From: Pseudomonadota bacterium
Lineage (GTDB): Bacteria > Pseudomonadota > Alphaproteobacteria > Rickettsiales > UBA1997
Direction of reading: 5' to 3'
Assembly (NCBI GenBank): GCA_018970485.1
Contig: JAGWWH010000004.1
Span: 7,595-71,594, forward strand
DNA length: 64,000 nucleotides
In this document: positions 19,848-31,434 of the stretch, piece by piece
Position numbering within the stretch: the first letter of the stretch is position 1
Layout: every line of letters begins with the position of its first letter
Translations under genes and position numbers: made by a program
The notes under the pieces: generated by a model
Databases searched by the model: none
Told to the model about the DNA's origin: nothing
The model's input: only the letters and a program-made list of their open reading frames with translations

Positions 19848-20465
19848 TTACACAAATTCCCTTTTCATCCTCTCGTTCAGAGCAGCATAACTTCCTCCAA
19901 CCTCACTCAAAATCGACTTAATCAAACTCTTCGAAGGCCTGATTTGTCTGCGCGCAAAACGATTCATTAGCAACGCTTCTAGCGCCTCCTTGCTTGGATT
20001 TTCAATCGTCACAGTCGGGATATTTTTAAGGCGGGAATTGAGATCTTTGAGTTTGAATTTCTTGTCAGAATTTCTCGCGCTTAACAGCAAAAAAGCACCG
20101 GCTTCACGTAGTGAGTTAAAGAGATGTAGCAAAGCTTCTTCGTCAGCAATTTGGTGAAAATCTTCAAGAATGTAAAAGCGATTAGGCTGAAAAAAATCGG
20201 CGAGATTTTTGGTAAAAATTTCTTCTTTAATTAAAAACTCCGCGGCGAATTTTTCGGCAAAAATGTGAAGTAGATGAGTCTTCCCTGAAGCCTCTTCACC
20301 CTTTAAAATCAACGATTGCAGATGATCAGAAGAAGAATTTTTCTGCGTAAAAAATTTCTGTAAAAAATTTCGTGCCGCAGAATTTTCGGCCAGCGCAAGA
20401 AAATCTTCCTCTAGGTAGGAATTAACTTCGTTTTGGAATTGGAGATTAAGTTGTTTTGTCATCAT
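19848..20465 (-). CDS. hdaA: DnaA regulatory inactivator Hda-like (HdaA)
   Basis: 205 aa. A short AAA-like protein with the P-loop GEEASGKTHLLH and the DnaA-box-VII-like DFHQIADEEALLHLFN. Confidence 0.75.
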   Translation of the reverse strand: MMTKQLNLQFQNEVNSYLEEDFLALAENSAARNFLQKFFTQKNSSSDHLQSLILKGEEASGKTHLLHIFAEKFAAEFLIKEEIFTKNLADFFQPNRFYILEDFHQIADEEALLHLFNSLREAGAFLLLSARNSDKKFKLKDLNSRLKNIPTVTIENPSKEALEALLMNRFARRQIRPSKSLIKSILSEVGGSYAALNERMKREFV

Positions 20466-20472
20466 TCATTAA

Positions 20473-20533
20473 CCCTTCGACAAGCTCAGGGTGACCACCG
20501 AGGAGTGTCATGCTGAGCTTGTCGAAGCATGAC
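20473..20533. repeat. Nested-palindrome repeat element, copy A (intergenic, between gatC and hdaA)
   Basis: Sequence: CCCTTCGACAAGCTCAGGGTGAC-CACCGAGGAGT-GTCATGCTGAGCTTGTCGAAGCATGAC. The 15-bp cores CTTCGACAAGCTCAG and CTGAGCTTGTCGAAG are perfect reverse complements. It is near-identical to 42719-42773. Confidence 0.9.
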
Positions 20534-20538
20534 TCGAA

Positions 20539-20829
20539 TTACTCGAGCACTTTTGGAACTGCGAAATAACCGTATTTCGCGTTTTTGGCATTTTTCAAAA
20601 CATCGTTTGCAATATCGCCGTCATTGATCTCATCGGCATTTAAACGTAGCGACATGTCGTGAACGTTAGTCAAAGGCTCAACATTTTCAGTGTTAACTTC
20701 ATTTAGTTTTTCAACCCAAGCGATGATGCTTCCAACCTGCGCAGCTGTTGTTTCGCTGCCCTCTTTGGGAATTTCAATTCTTGCTAAACGAGAAATTTTT
20801 TTAAAATCTTCCTTACTAACAACTGACAT
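20539..20829 (-). CDS. gatC: Asp/Glu-tRNA amidotransferase subunit C
   Basis: MSVVSKEDFKKISRLARIEIPKE... is a typical GatC N-terminus, so I chose the start at 20829. The ORF-track start at 20931 would overlap ruvX. The true start is only 16 bp from the divergent ruvX start. Confidence 0.88.
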   Translation of the reverse strand: MSVVSKEDFKKISRLARIEIPKEGSETTAAQVGSIIAWVEKLNEVNTENVEPLTNVHDMSLRLNADEINDGDIANDVLKNAKNAKYGYFAVPKVLE

Positions 20830-20845
20830 TTTTGAAAAATTTTGA

Positions 20846-21253
20846 ATGAAAAAAGGTCGCCTGGTGGCACTCGACATTGGCACGAAAAGAATTGGCATCG
20901 CAACTTGCGATGCAACTAGATTAATCACCACTCCACGAATGATTTTAAATCGCCAAAATCACTTGGATGACTTCGCCAAAATTAAGAATTTCGTCGAAGA
21001 AAATGAAGCAGTTGGAATTGTAATTGGGCTACCAATTGGCTCGCCAGAAATGATGTCTGTGATCAAAAGTTTTGCTAAAAAACTCGATGAATTTTTGGAG
21101 AAAAAAATTCCAATTACTCTTTTTGATGAAAGATTAAGCAGCTTCGAAGCCAAGGAAATCCACGCTTCGCCACTGTCGCGCAAAAAAAATAAATTCGTCG
21201 ATGACATTGCTGCCAGCATAATTTTAGAGCACTTTTTGCAAAGCCAAGGCTAG
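20846..21253 (+). CDS. ruvX: Holliday junction resolvase-like / pre-16S rRNA nuclease YqgF
   Basis: 135 aa. Contains [17 protein letters not shown] and [14 protein letters not shown]. Confidence 0.9.
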   Translation: MKKGRLVALDIGTKRIGIATCDATRLITTPRMILNRQNHLDDFAKIKNFVEENEAVGIVIGLPIGSPEMMSVIKSFAKKLDEFLEKKIPITLFDERLSSFEAKEIHASPLSRKKNKFVDDIAASIILEHFLQSQG

Positions 21254-22396
21254 ATCCTCGATCATCTCCTTGCTGTGAAGTGGCGTGACTGTAATGCGCA
21301 AACGCTCATCACCTTTAGCGACAGTTGGGTAATTGATGTGCTGAATGTAAATATTAAAATCTTCCAACAAACGTTTTGAAGCCGCTTTGGCTTTAGCTGC
21401 ATCGCCGATTCTTACTGAAATGATGTGTGAATTATTTTTAATAATTTCGATTCCAGCTTTGGCTAATTCCGCCTTCAGCAGCGCAACATTTTTGTGCAAA
21501 TTTTTACGCGCCGAATCGTCAATTTGCGCCTGACGAATATTTGAAATCGTCGCCGCGGCAATTACTGGTGGCAACGCAGTTGTAAAAATAAATCCAGAAG
21601 CAAGAGAGCGAATTGCATCAATGATTTCATACTTTCCGGCGATGTAGCCACCGATTGTTCCAAAGGCTTTGGCGCAAGTTCCTTGAATGATGTCGATTTG
21701 ATCTGACAGTCCAAACTCTTGACTCAAGCCACCGCCAGTCTTGCCGTAAAGCCCAACAGCATGGACTTCATCAATGTAAGTCAGTGCCGAATATTTTTTG
21801 GCGAGCTCAATAATTTTAGCAATTTCACCAAAGTCTCCGTCCATTGAATAGACCGCTTCGAAGATGATTATTTTTGGCTGGGAGGTGGGATATTTTTTTA
21901 GTAATTCTTCAAGATGTTCGGTGTCGTTGTGACGAAAGACTTCTTTTTGCGCCTTACTGTTTCTAATGCCGGAAATGATTGAGGCGTGATTTTTGGCGTC
22001 AGAAAAAATCACTAAATCCGGTAAAACTTTTGCCAAAGTTTGAATCGTCGCATCATTAGCAACGTAGCCGGAGACAAAGCTCAGGGCTGATTCTTTAGCG
22101 TGCAATTTGGCGATTTCTGTTTCGAGATCGATTAAAATATGGCTATTTCCAGAAATATTTCTTGTTCCTCCAGCGCCAATTCCGTAGGTGTCTAGAGCTT
22201 CTTTCGCTTTGCTAATTGCTTCAATATTTTGTCCAGCACCCAAGTAATCATTTGAACACCAAACAATAATTTTTTTGCCGTTTTGATTGTTGATCGCGTA
22301 AGGAAATTTGCCGCAAATTCGCGAAATATCTAAAAATTCGCGGTAGCGATTTTCTTCTTTCAGCCTTTCTACTGCTTGCTTGAAGTGATTTAACAT
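21224..22396 (-). CDS. hemA: 5-aminolevulinate synthase (C4 haem pathway)
   Basis: 390 aa alpha-oxoamine synthase. Contains [38 protein letters not shown], the PLP-lysine region [11 protein letters not shown] and [10 protein letters not shown], which follow the ALAS pattern rather than Kbl or BioF. Confidence 0.88.
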   Translation of the reverse strand: MLNHFKQAVERLKEENRYREFLDISRICGKFPYAINNQNGKKIIVWCSNDYLGAGQNIEAISKAKEALDTYGIGAGGTRNISGNSHILIDLETEIAKLHAKESALSFVSGYVANDATIQTLAKVLPDLVIFSDAKNHASIISGIRNSKAQKEVFRHNDTEHLEELLKKYPTSQPKIIIFEAVYSMDGDFGEIAKIIELAKKYSALTYIDEVHAVGLYGKTGGGLSQEFGLSDQIDIIQGTCAKAFGTIGGYIAGKYEIIDAIRSLASGFIFTTALPPVIAAATISNIRQAQIDDSARKNLHKNVALLKAELAKAGIEIIKNNSHIISVRIGDAAKAKAASKRLLEDFNIYIQHINYPTVAKGDERLRITVTPLHSKEMIEDLALALQKVL

Positions 22397-23685
22397 TAAA
22401 GGTTTTTGTAAAATTTTACCGCCGCCGAGTCGGCAAAAATCTTCTCGAAATTAATCGATTTAATAAAAACTCCGTCGAGAGATCTGGCGCGAGAAAGCGC
22501 AACGTAAACTTGTCCGGGACTAAACGCGTCGGATAAATCACAAGAAATTTTGTCGAGGGTCAAGCCTTGTGATTTATGAATCGTCATTGCCCAAGCGAGA
22601 ATTAGCGGAACTTGACTCACTCCAGCTTCGGTCACGACGATTTTCTTCTCGCTGTCGAACTTCTCGATCAGCCATTCTTCCGGCGCGATTGTAAGAATTT
22701 TACCGTTCGCAAACTCAACCACTGGGTAGTTTTTACGCGATGAAAATTCACGAATGATGCCGAGCGAGCCATTGATGATTCCTTCTTTTTGGTAGGTATT
22801 TTTAATCATCATCACCTGCGCTCCGACCTTGAGCGACAAGATTTCCGCTGCTAAACAATTTTTTTTCAGAAACTCAATTCTTGTTGGTTCACCAAAATAT
22901 TCGGCGACGTGAACAACTTCTTCGCGCGGAATTTTTTTCAACTCCAAACTGTTAATTTCTTCAACCTTGAGATTGTGAGTAGTGAGAATTGTTGGACGAA
23001 TCACCCCATTATCGTTAGCGCCAATTCTTGATTCCAAAATCACGCGATCGGATTTTTCGAGATTGCCGATGCGCAAATTATTTAAGACTTTTACGAAATC
23101 ATCGTCACCACTTTGACGGAAGCTACCATCAAGCACGAAGGCTTGTAAATCAAGGTCGTGCCAAGTTTGTGAATTGAAGCAAAAGTTAAAATAATTACTG
23201 CCGCGATTGACAGGTGGAAGCTGCAAAAAGTCGCCAAAAAGTAAGATTTGAATACCGCCCATTGGCTGCTCGTTTTCGCGCACTGCCTGAAAGACTTTGT
23301 TGAGCACCTCAAGAAGTTCGCAAGAAATCATCGAGATTTCATCAATCGCTAAAGCCTTGGCGCGCTTGATTTTGCGGCGTACACGCGCGAATTTTGCGGT
23401 AAAAAGATTTTCGATGATTTGTTCGATTGGTAAATTGGCAAGACCAATGCCAGCCCAAGAATGGATTGTTGAGCCGCCAATATTTACGGAGGCAATTCCA
23501 GTGCTTGCAGTAACTTCTAGGCCTAAATGGCCATATTTTCTTTTAAGGAAATTTAAGAGATATGATTTGCCACTACCGGCACCGCCAGTGACAAAGAGGT
23601 TTTTCCCCTCTTCAAAAGCATCAACAACAGCGAGTTGGCCAAAGGAAAGAAATGACGAGTCGGTGGTGACGATCTCAGAAGTCAT
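22396..23685 (-). CDS. Pif1/RecD-family (SF1B) ATP-dependent DNA helicase
   Basis: 429 aa. Walker [12 protein letters not shown], Walker [22 protein letters not shown], and C-terminal [11 protein letters not shown] and [14 protein letters not shown]. Its stop overlaps the hemA start. Confidence 0.8.
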   Translation of the reverse strand: MTSEIVTTDSSFLSFGQLAVVDAFEEGKNLFVTGGAGSGKSYLLNFLKRKYGHLGLEVTASTGIASVNIGGSTIHSWAGIGLANLPIEQIIENLFTAKFARVRRKIKRAKALAIDEISMISCELLEVLNKVFQAVRENEQPMGGIQILLFGDFLQLPPVNRGSNYFNFCFNSQTWHDLDLQAFVLDGSFRQSGDDDFVKVLNNLRIGNLEKSDRVILESRIGANDNGVIRPTILTTHNLKVEEINSLELKKIPREEVVHVAEYFGEPTRIEFLKKNCLAAEILSLKVGAQVMMIKNTYQKEGIINGSLGIIREFSSRKNYPVVEFANGKILTIAPEEWLIEKFDSEKKIVVTEAGVSQVPLILAWAMTIHKSQGLTLDKISCDLSDAFSPGQVYVALSRARSLDGVFIKSINFEKIFADSAAVKFYKNL

Positions 23686-23691
23686 TTTTAG

Positions 23692-24573
23692 TTATTTAGA
23701 AGCTCTAACTGCAGAAACTTTTTGCTTAAGAGAAGGAAGATCTAAAGCGCCAGGAATAAGCTCTTCTCCGATGATAAATCCTGGAGTACCATTGATTCCG
23801 ACTGAATTACCGAGAGCAAGGTTAGCCTGGATTACGGAGTCAATTTTGTCTTTTTGGTTTTTTAAAATTTCTTCAACTTTCGCAGAATTTAAACCGACTG
23901 ATTTAACCGCCTTTAACGCCGCAGCTTTACCACGCTCATTAGTTTTCATCAAAGCATCGTGAAACTTTTTGTAAGACTCTGGATAAGCCATGTTAACAGC
24001 TATCGAAACTTGTGACATCTCTAGTGAAGGCTGTCCGAGAATCGGAAATTCTTTGTAAATGATTTTGATTTTTTTGTCTGATTTTAAAAGTTCATCAACT
24101 GTTGCTTGAGCCTTTTTGCAATATCCACAGGCATAATCAAAAAACTCAACTAACTCAACATCGTAGCCTTCAGGAGAATAGTTGGCAGAAGTCGCGTCAT
24201 TAAAAATTTCGTCTTTTTTGGTAACGATATTTTTTTGGCTATTTTTTAAGCGATCTTCAGCAGCTTTTTTCTGCATGTTGTTAACAGATTGGATAACTAT
24301 GTGCGGATTAGCTTCGATCCATTTTGCTACAACCTTCTCAACATCTTCAACATTCTTAACTCTTTCATCGAGATCCAATCCGCTCGGCTTGACGCCTCCA
24401 CCCATGATATCCAATTCAGATGAATCTTCTTTTTTAACTTCTTCTTTGACTGATTCAGATTTTTTGCTGCCAAAAAATGTGTAAATTCCTCCAACTAAAA
24501 GTAGCACAGCAATAACTGATGCGATTGGCTTAACCAAAGATGGTTTGCCAAGATTTTTATTTACAAATGACAT
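23692..24573 (-). CDS. DsbA-family thiol:disulfide oxidoreductase with an N-terminal membrane anchor (Com1-like)
   Basis: A TM helix, then a thioredoxin fold with the active site FFDYACGYCKK, and GTPGFIIG near the C-terminus. Confidence 0.75.
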   Translation of the reverse strand: MSFVNKNLGKPSLVKPIASVIAVLLLVGGIYTFFGSKKSESVKEEVKKEDSSELDIMGGGVKPSGLDLDERVKNVEDVEKVVAKWIEANPHIVIQSVNNMQKKAAEDRLKNSQKNIVTKKDEIFNDATSANYSPEGYDVELVEFFDYACGYCKKAQATVDELLKSDKKIKIIYKEFPILGQPSLEMSQVSIAVNMAYPESYKKFHDALMKTNERGKAAALKAVKSVGLNSAKVEEILKNQKDKIDSVIQANLALGNSVGINGTPGFIIGEELIPGALDLPSLKQKVSAVRASK

Positions 24574-24637
24574 GGGGATGTAGGTTAAAAGTTTGAACGA
24601 AATTAGGGGCGCGCACTAAACGGAAAAACAACTACAA

Positions 24638-25267
24638 ATGCAACCGAGTTTTTTGATTGAAAATAATTATCCAAACCTACTTGTTTGTGGCTTCGATGAA
24701 GCTGGTCGAGGACCTCTTGCCGGTCCGGTTGTAGCTGCTTGCGCTATTCTCAATCCTAACAATTTTCCAAAGGAAATTAACGACTCAAAAAAACTCTCAA
24801 AATCACTAAGATTTAAGGTTTTTTCTGAACTAAAAAACGTGGCAAAATTTGGAGTTGGAATTGTTGACGAAAAAGTGATCGACAAAATAAATATTCTCGA
24901 GGCAACCAAGCTGGCAATGCTTCAGGCATATTTTAATTTATCCGAGAAATACCAAGTTTTTCCGCAAATAATTTTGGTAGATGGAAATTTTTTACCCTTC
25001 GCTAAACGTGATAAAATCGTAGAAATTTCAGCAATTGTAAAAGGTGATCAAAAAAGTCTCTCCATCGCCGCGGCATCAATAATTGCCAAAGAAACTCGCG
25101 ATCAAATCATGCGTGATTTAGATCAAAAATATCCACAATTTGGCTTCGCAAAACATGCTGGTTATGCAACAAAATTTCATGTCGAACAAATTCACAAATA
25201 CGGATTTTGTGAATTTCATCGGAAGTCTTTCGAACCAATAAAATCAATGTTCAGTGTTAGTTCTTAA
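24638..25267 (+). CDS. rnhB: Ribonuclease HII
   Basis: Contains CGFDEAGRGPLAGPVVAA, ILVDGN and ASIIAKETRD. Confidence 0.95.
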   Translation: MQPSFLIENNYPNLLVCGFDEAGRGPLAGPVVAACAILNPNNFPKEINDSKKLSKSLRFKVFSELKNVAKFGVGIVDEKVIDKINILEATKLAMLQAYFNLSEKYQVFPQIILVDGNFLPFAKRDKIVEISAIVKGDQKSLSIAAASIIAKETRDQIMRDLDQKYPQFGFAKHAGYATKFHVEQIHKYGFCEFHRKSFEPIKSMFSVSS

Positions 25268-25853
25268 TGAGAAAAATGAAAAAGCAGTTGGTCTAGCTTG
25301 CGAGTTTCTGCGAGCTGGAAAAGTGATTTCTTTTCCTACTGATACCATTTACGCATTTGCTGTTGAAGCCTCTAATTCTAAGGCTGTGGAAGATCTTTAT
25401 AAAATAAAAAACCGTGATGAAAAAAAGCCAATCGCAATTTTTGTTCGAGATCTTGATGCGGCAAAAAAGATTTTTGTCTTTGACGAAAAAGCCGAAGAAA
25501 TTGCTAATAAATTTTTACCTGGAGCGCTAACTTTAATTTTAGAAACGCGCAGCGAAGCCTCATATCTATTAGCTCCAAACCTCAATAAAAATCAGGATAA
25601 ATCTCTGGGATTTCGTATCGTGGATAGTTTTTTTGTCAGCGAATTATTCAAAAAATTTTCAGGAATTTTAGCAGTAACAAGCGCCAATCTGAGTGGAGAA
25701 AAATCAGCTACTAGTTCAGATGAAATCAAAAATAATTTTCCTCATCTCGATTTGTTAATTGAAGGCGAATTATTTTATAAATCCGCTTCAACTGTGGCTA
25801 AAATAGCTAATAACGAAGTCACAATTTTACGTTCTGGTCCGATAAATTTATGA
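25254..25853 (+). CDS. tsaC: L-threonylcarbamoyladenylate synthase (YrdC/TsaC/Sua5 family)
   Basis: Contains GKVISFPTDTIYAFAV, IKNRDEKKPIAIFV and TSANLSGE. Confidence 0.85.
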   Translation: MLVLNEKNEKAVGLACEFLRAGKVISFPTDTIYAFAVEASNSKAVEDLYKIKNRDEKKPIAIFVRDLDAAKKIFVFDEKAEEIANKFLPGALTLILETRSEASYLLAPNLNKNQDKSLGFRIVDSFFVSELFKKFSGILAVTSANLSGEKSATSSDEIKNNFPHLDLLIEGELFYKSASTVAKIANNEVTILRSGPINL

Positions 25854-26440
25854 GTAAAATTCTAAACTTTTTAAGTATCCCTTTAGTAAGAATTATTGGT
25901 ATTTTTGTTATTCTTTACTTCGCACTTTTTTCTGAAAAACAAAACCCAAATTCTCTTGGAAATCGCTTATCTAAAGAGGAGGTTAAAAAAAATATCAATG
26001 AAGCTAGGGAGAGAACTCGCTTCATTATTTCCAACGTCAAAACAGCTCAAGAGCTAGAAGTAAAACCAAAAGCTATTCAACAAAACACAGAAGCAAAAAT
26101 AATAATTAACGATCTCGAGATTGGTAAAGGAGATGTTAAAATTTCTTGTGGAAGTAAGGTTGAAATTTCTTACGGAATTTACGTTGAAGGTAACAAACAA
26201 ATAAAAGCTGTCAGCTCTGAAAAACTAGTGATCGGAAACAACTTAAACGAAGTGATCGAAAAAAATATTCTCGATATGAAGATTGGTGGGATCAGGAATA
26301 TCATCATCCCGCGCAACTTCAAAACCGATAATCCCAAAATAAATGAGCTACTAAAATTTTATGATTCCGAACTGCGATATCAGGTTGTGATTATATCTTC
26401 CGAACCTCCAGAAATTAGCAGTCAAAATTCTTGCCAATGA
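25850..26440 (+). CDS. Membrane-anchored protein with a divergent FKBP-like domain (putative peptidyl-prolyl isomerase)
   Basis: An N-terminal TM helix. The segment IINDLEIGKGDVKISCGSKVEISYGIYVEG...VIGNNLNEVIEKNILDMKIGGIRNIIIPRNF loosely follows the FKBP pattern. The match is weak and made by eye. Confidence 0.45.
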   Translation: MSKILNFLSIPLVRIIGIFVILYFALFSEKQNPNSLGNRLSKEEVKKNINEARERTRFIISNVKTAQELEVKPKAIQQNTEAKIIINDLEIGKGDVKISCGSKVEISYGIYVEGNKQIKAVSSEKLVIGNNLNEVIEKNILDMKIGGIRNIIIPRNFKTDNPKINELLKFYDSELRYQVVIISSEPPEISSQNSCQ

Positions 26441-27015
26441 AAAAAAAATCATCCGAAGGGGTAATCAAATTTCTTTATGACTATCTGCCTCTGATAGTTT
26501 TTTTTGCCTGCTACAAATTCGCAAAAACTCCAAACCCTTTAATCACCGCAACTATTTGCATGGTTGTAACAACATTCTTTGCGCTAACTATTTCTTACAT
26601 TCTAACTCAAAAAATTCCTGCGGTGGCGTTAGCTTCGGGAATAATACTGGCAATATTCGGTGGGCTTACCGTGATTCTGAAAGACGACATTTTTATCAAG
26701 ATCAAGCCAACGATCGTCAATCTACTTTTTTCTGTGTTTTTGTTTTATGGATTCTTCACCAAAAAGCCTTTGCTGTCCTATCTCCTTGGCGAGCAAGTGA
26801 AAATCAGCAACGAAGCTTGGATAATTTTATCTGCGCGTTGGGGTTTATTTTTTATCTTCCTAGCAATTCTAAATGAGATTATTTGGCGCACATCTAGCAC
26901 TGATTTTTGGGTGCAGTTTAAAGTTTTTGGAATGATGCCGCTCTCAATGCTTTTCACACTTTCTCAGGTTCCTTTTATGATGAAGGAAATGAAGAAAATC
27001 AGTAAGCAAGAATAG
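26437..27015 (+). CDS. yciB: Intracellular septation protein A (YciB/IspZ)
   Basis: Contains FLYDYLPLIVFFACYKF and five predicted TM helices. I placed the start at the ATG at 26437, which forms an ATGA overlap with the upstream stop. Confidence 0.85.
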   Translation: MKKKSSEGVIKFLYDYLPLIVFFACYKFAKTPNPLITATICMVVTTFFALTISYILTQKIPAVALASGIILAIFGGLTVILKDDIFIKIKPTIVNLLFSVFLFYGFFTKKPLLSYLLGEQVKISNEAWIILSARWGLFFIFLAILNEIIWRTSSTDFWVQFKVFGMMPLSMLFTLSQVPFMMKEMKKISKQE

Positions 27016-27834
27016 TCACTAGATCAGAATTATTAACGTCTTCAACCATCGATACCAAGGCAGAATCCTTGTCAACTTTGCGCACTACTCCAGCAAAAAG
27101 ACCAGATGGTAGAGTATCTCCATCACCAGAAGTAAAAACCATTTCTCCAACTTGAATCGCGTGATTTTTTGGCAAATACAAAATCTCCATCAAGCCACTG
27201 CTATTACCAGCTAAAACACCTCTGGCTCTTGCTTTAGAGGTGATGATTGGAACTCTGGAAGTGGCATCGTTAAGTAAGAGGAGATGAGATTTATCTTCGT
27301 AAACTTCGACAATTCTTCCAAGAACTCCGCGCTTTCCGATAACAATTTCCCCCTCGGTCAAACCACGATTAGAGCCAGCATCAATAAAAACTTTTTGATT
27401 AAAAACTGGTCGAGAACGACCGATTATTTGTGCAACTTTAAAGTCTGTACTCTTAGCTGAAACAAAGTGGAGCATTTCTCGCAACTCTTTATTTTCTTGA
27501 TGGATGTTGAGTGATTTAAAATAAAAAGAGCGCAATTCATCTAGCTCTTTTCTGAGATTTTCATTTTCTTTTTTAGCGTAAATGAGGTCGCCAAAGTTAG
27601 TAACTAAGTTGGATGCGAAGTTAAAAGGAGAGGCAGAAAACTTCGCAACAGGTAAAGAAATATCTACAAAAACAACCGACACATCGCGCGAGAAATCTTT
27701 ATCAACCTTAGATACGATCAGACAAATCACGCATAAAAAGCTAAAAAACACCGTTTCAATTTTGTTAAAAACCAAGCCAAAGCTATGCTTGATGCTGTAG
27801 TTAGCGCGGCTTTTGTTGAAATTGAGATACTGCA

Positions 27835-27835
<1 letters not shown>
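26999..27835 (-). CDS. mreC: Rod shape-determining protein MreC
   Basis: Lies immediately downstream of mreB. It has a coiled-coil region (ENENLRKELDELR) and the beta-barrel motifs GRIVEV and VFTSGDGDTLPSGLFAGVV. Confidence 0.85.
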
Positions 27836-28905
<1,070 letters not shown>

Positions 28906-30417
28906 TTAGATTTTATTAAGCCTGTCGAGGCAGTTGATGTAAGCTATTGCTGATGCCCGAAGCACATCAACATCAGCGCCATTAGCTGAAAAAATTCGGT
29001 TATTTTGTTTGAGACGAACAACGACATTTGCTTGTGCATCAGTTCCTTCTGTGACCGCTTGGACCTGATACAAATCAAGATTTGCATTGTGAGGGATGAG
29101 AGTTTTGATCGCTGTGAATATGGCGTCGACTGGCCCGTCGACTGAGCGCAACCTAGTTTCGACTTCATCGCTGTCAATTTTTATTTTGATGAGAACTTCA
29201 GAAATTCTGCCAGTGCCACATTTTACCTCGAGCTCAAGTAATTGGTAACGCGTTTTACTGTGAACCAAAGAATCATCGATCAAAGAAATCAGATCTTCGT
29301 CGAGAATTTCTTTCTTCTTGTCGGCCAAATCTTTGAATTTTTTAAAAGCAGAATCGATCGCTTCGTCACTTAGTTCGTAACCAATTTCCTTCACTCTATC
29401 TTTGAAAGCAGCGCGGCCAGAAAGTTTGCCGAGACGAAGTTGGGCTTTATCTAAACCAACAGATTGCGGCGTCATAATTTCGTAGGTCTCGCGATTCTTC
29501 AGCATGCCGTCTTGATGAATTCCACTTTCATGCGCAAAGGCATTGGCGCCTACAATCGCCTTGTTTGGCTGCACAGTAAAACCCGTAATCGTCGAAACTA
29601 ATTTTGAAGCACGCGAGATCATTGTGCTGTCGATGCCGGTTTCGATTTGATAAAAATCTCCGCGCGTTTTTATCGCCATTACGATTTCTTCCAAAGCTGC
29701 ATTCCCTGCCCGCTCACCGATGCCATTAATCGTACACTCAATCTGTCTTGCACCCGCGCGCATTCCAGCCAAAGAATTTGCAACCGCCAAACCTAAATCA
29801 TTGTGGCAATGAGTTGAAATTACAGCTTTGTCGATGTTCTTAACTTTGTTTTTAATCGCTGAAATTAGATCAAAATATTCATCGGGAGTTGTGTAACCCA
29901 CAGTGTCTGGAATGTTGATGGTAGTGGCCCCAGCATCAATTGCGGTCTCAATCGCTTTGAATAAGAAATCGCGTTTTGAACGCGTTGCATCTTCTGGCGA
30001 CCAGTCAACTTCTGGGCAAAGATTTCGCGCCAGAGTAACGCTGTCTTTGATCATTGAAATCACCTGTTCTTCTCCCATTTTCAACTTGAACTCCATGTGA
30101 ATTGGCGAAGTTGCAAGGAAAGTATGAATACGTGGGCGAGCCGCGGGGGCTATGGCCTGCGCCGTTCTTTCGATGTCAGATTTTTTAGCGCGCGCTAAGC
30201 CACAGATTGTAGAATTTTTGATCACCGAAGCGATGCGATTTACCGCAGCAAAATCACCGTTAGAAGCAGCAGGAAAACCAGCTTCAATCACATCAACACC
30301 CATTTTTTCTAGAGTCTTAGCAATCAGCAATTTCTCTTCCAAATTCATCGTCGCACCGGGAGCTTGCTCGCCATCACGCAAAGTTGTGTCAAAAATAATA
30401 ACTCGATCTCTCGACAT
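28906..30417 (-). CDS. leuA: 2-isopropylmalate synthase
   Basis: Contains [32 protein letters not shown] and a C-terminal LeuA dimerisation/regulatory domain. Confidence 0.95.
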   Translation of the reverse strand: MSRDRVIIFDTTLRDGEQAPGATMNLEEKLLIAKTLEKMGVDVIEAGFPAASNGDFAAVNRIASVIKNSTICGLARAKKSDIERTAQAIAPAARPRIHTFLATSPIHMEFKLKMGEEQVISMIKDSVTLARNLCPEVDWSPEDATRSKRDFLFKAIETAIDAGATTINIPDTVGYTTPDEYFDLISAIKNKVKNIDKAVISTHCHNDLGLAVANSLAGMRAGARQIECTINGIGERAGNAALEEIVMAIKTRGDFYQIETGIDSTMISRASKLVSTITGFTVQPNKAIVGANAFAHESGIHQDGMLKNRETYEIMTPQSVGLDKAQLRLGKLSGRAAFKDRVKEIGYELSDEAIDSAFKKFKDLADKKKEILDEDLISLIDDSLVHSKTRYQLLELEVKCGTGRISEVLIKIKIDSDEVETRLRSVDGPVDAIFTAIKTLIPHNANLDLYQVQAVTEGTDAQANVVVRLKQNNRIFSANGADVDVLRASAIAYINCLDRLNKI

Positions 30418-30498
30418 TTTTCTAAATTTTTTGTTGGAAATTTTTCGGCAAACTACAGGTTCAAGCGACTAATTGTAAACTTTTTTATCCGACAAAAA

Positions 30499-31434
30499 AT
30501 GCTTAAAAAAAACGACATTGTTGATGTCATTTCACCAGGAACGGCGTGCACTCGTGACGAGTTAGAAAAAATAAAAAATTACGTAAAAAAAATCGGATTA
30601 ACGCCAAGAATTTTTTTAGAAAAAGAGACGAGTTTAGCAAAATCAACATCTCACGAATTTGCATCAATCGATGCCAAAATACGTTTTGAACAACTTAAAA
30701 AATCAATCGAAAGCGCAGATTCAAAAATAATTTGGTGCACTCGCGGAGGCTACGGCAGCGCAGAAATTCTGCCTCTTTTGCAAAAAATGAAAAAGCCAAA
30801 ACAACAAAAAATCTTCATCGGATTTTCTGACATTTCTGCTTTAAATATTTTTTTAATTCAGCAGTGGGGTTGGCAAGTGATCAGCGCTCCGATGCTTGTC
30901 CAGCTTACCTTCAACAAGGTTTCAAAAAAATCGGAAAAAGGAATTTTGGATTTAATTTTCGGCAAAAAAAAAGAGTTAAAATACCAACTAATCTCAGCAG
31001 CAACAATTAAACAAACTGCTCCAGCCATCGTCACTGGTGGCTGCACCTCTGTTTTATCTTCGCATTTTGGAACCAACAACCAACTCGATTGGCACAATAA
31101 AATTCTTTTCTTGGAAGATGAGGGGGAAGATGGGGAGCGCTTGGATCGCTACTTTCATCAGATCGTCACAATCATTGACGAAACCAAGAAAAAACCGCGC
31201 GCAATAATTTTAGGAAATTTTCTTCAAGCTAATCCGCACGGCACGCCGCGAGCAGAAAATATCAAAATTGCCGTAAGAAAATTTAGTGAAAAGTTAGAAA
31301 AAATCGTTCCTGTTTTTGCAGAAAAAACTCACTGCCTAGGACATGGCGAGGGCATGATGCCATTAGTCCTAGGCGCTAAAGCAGAAATTATTAAGAACGG
31401 ATTTTTAGTTCAAAAAATTAATACCATTTTTTAG
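30499..31434 (+). CDS. ldcA: LD-carboxypeptidase (peptidase S66, LdcA-like)
   Basis: Contains MLKKNDIVDVISPG, WCTRGGYGSAEILP, IGFSDISAL (nucleophile Ser) and LEDEGEDGERLDRY. I chose the start at 30499. The ORF-track start at 30364 overlaps the leuA 5' end. Confidence 0.8.
   Translation: MLKKNDIVDVISPGTACTRDELEKIKNYVKKIGLTPRIFLEKETSLAKSTSHEFASIDAKIRFEQLKKSIESADSKIIWCTRGGYGSAEILPLLQKMKKPKQQKIFIGFSDISALNIFLIQQWGWQVISAPMLVQLTFNKVSKKSEKGILDLIFGKKKELKYQLISAATIKQTAPAIVTGGCTSVLSSHFGTNNQLDWHNKILFLEDEGEDGERLDRYFHQIVTIIDETKKKPRAIILGNFLQANPHGTPRAENIKIAVRKFSEKLEKIVPVFAEKTHCLGHGEGMMPLVLGAKAEIIKNGFLVQKINTIF

Noticed and set aside
23297-23962. 221-aa plus-strand ORF spanning the helicase and dsbA junction
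   Set aside because: It is entirely antisense to two well-supported minus-strand genes. It has a Ser/Pro/Arg-rich composition, no recognisable motifs and no RBS context.
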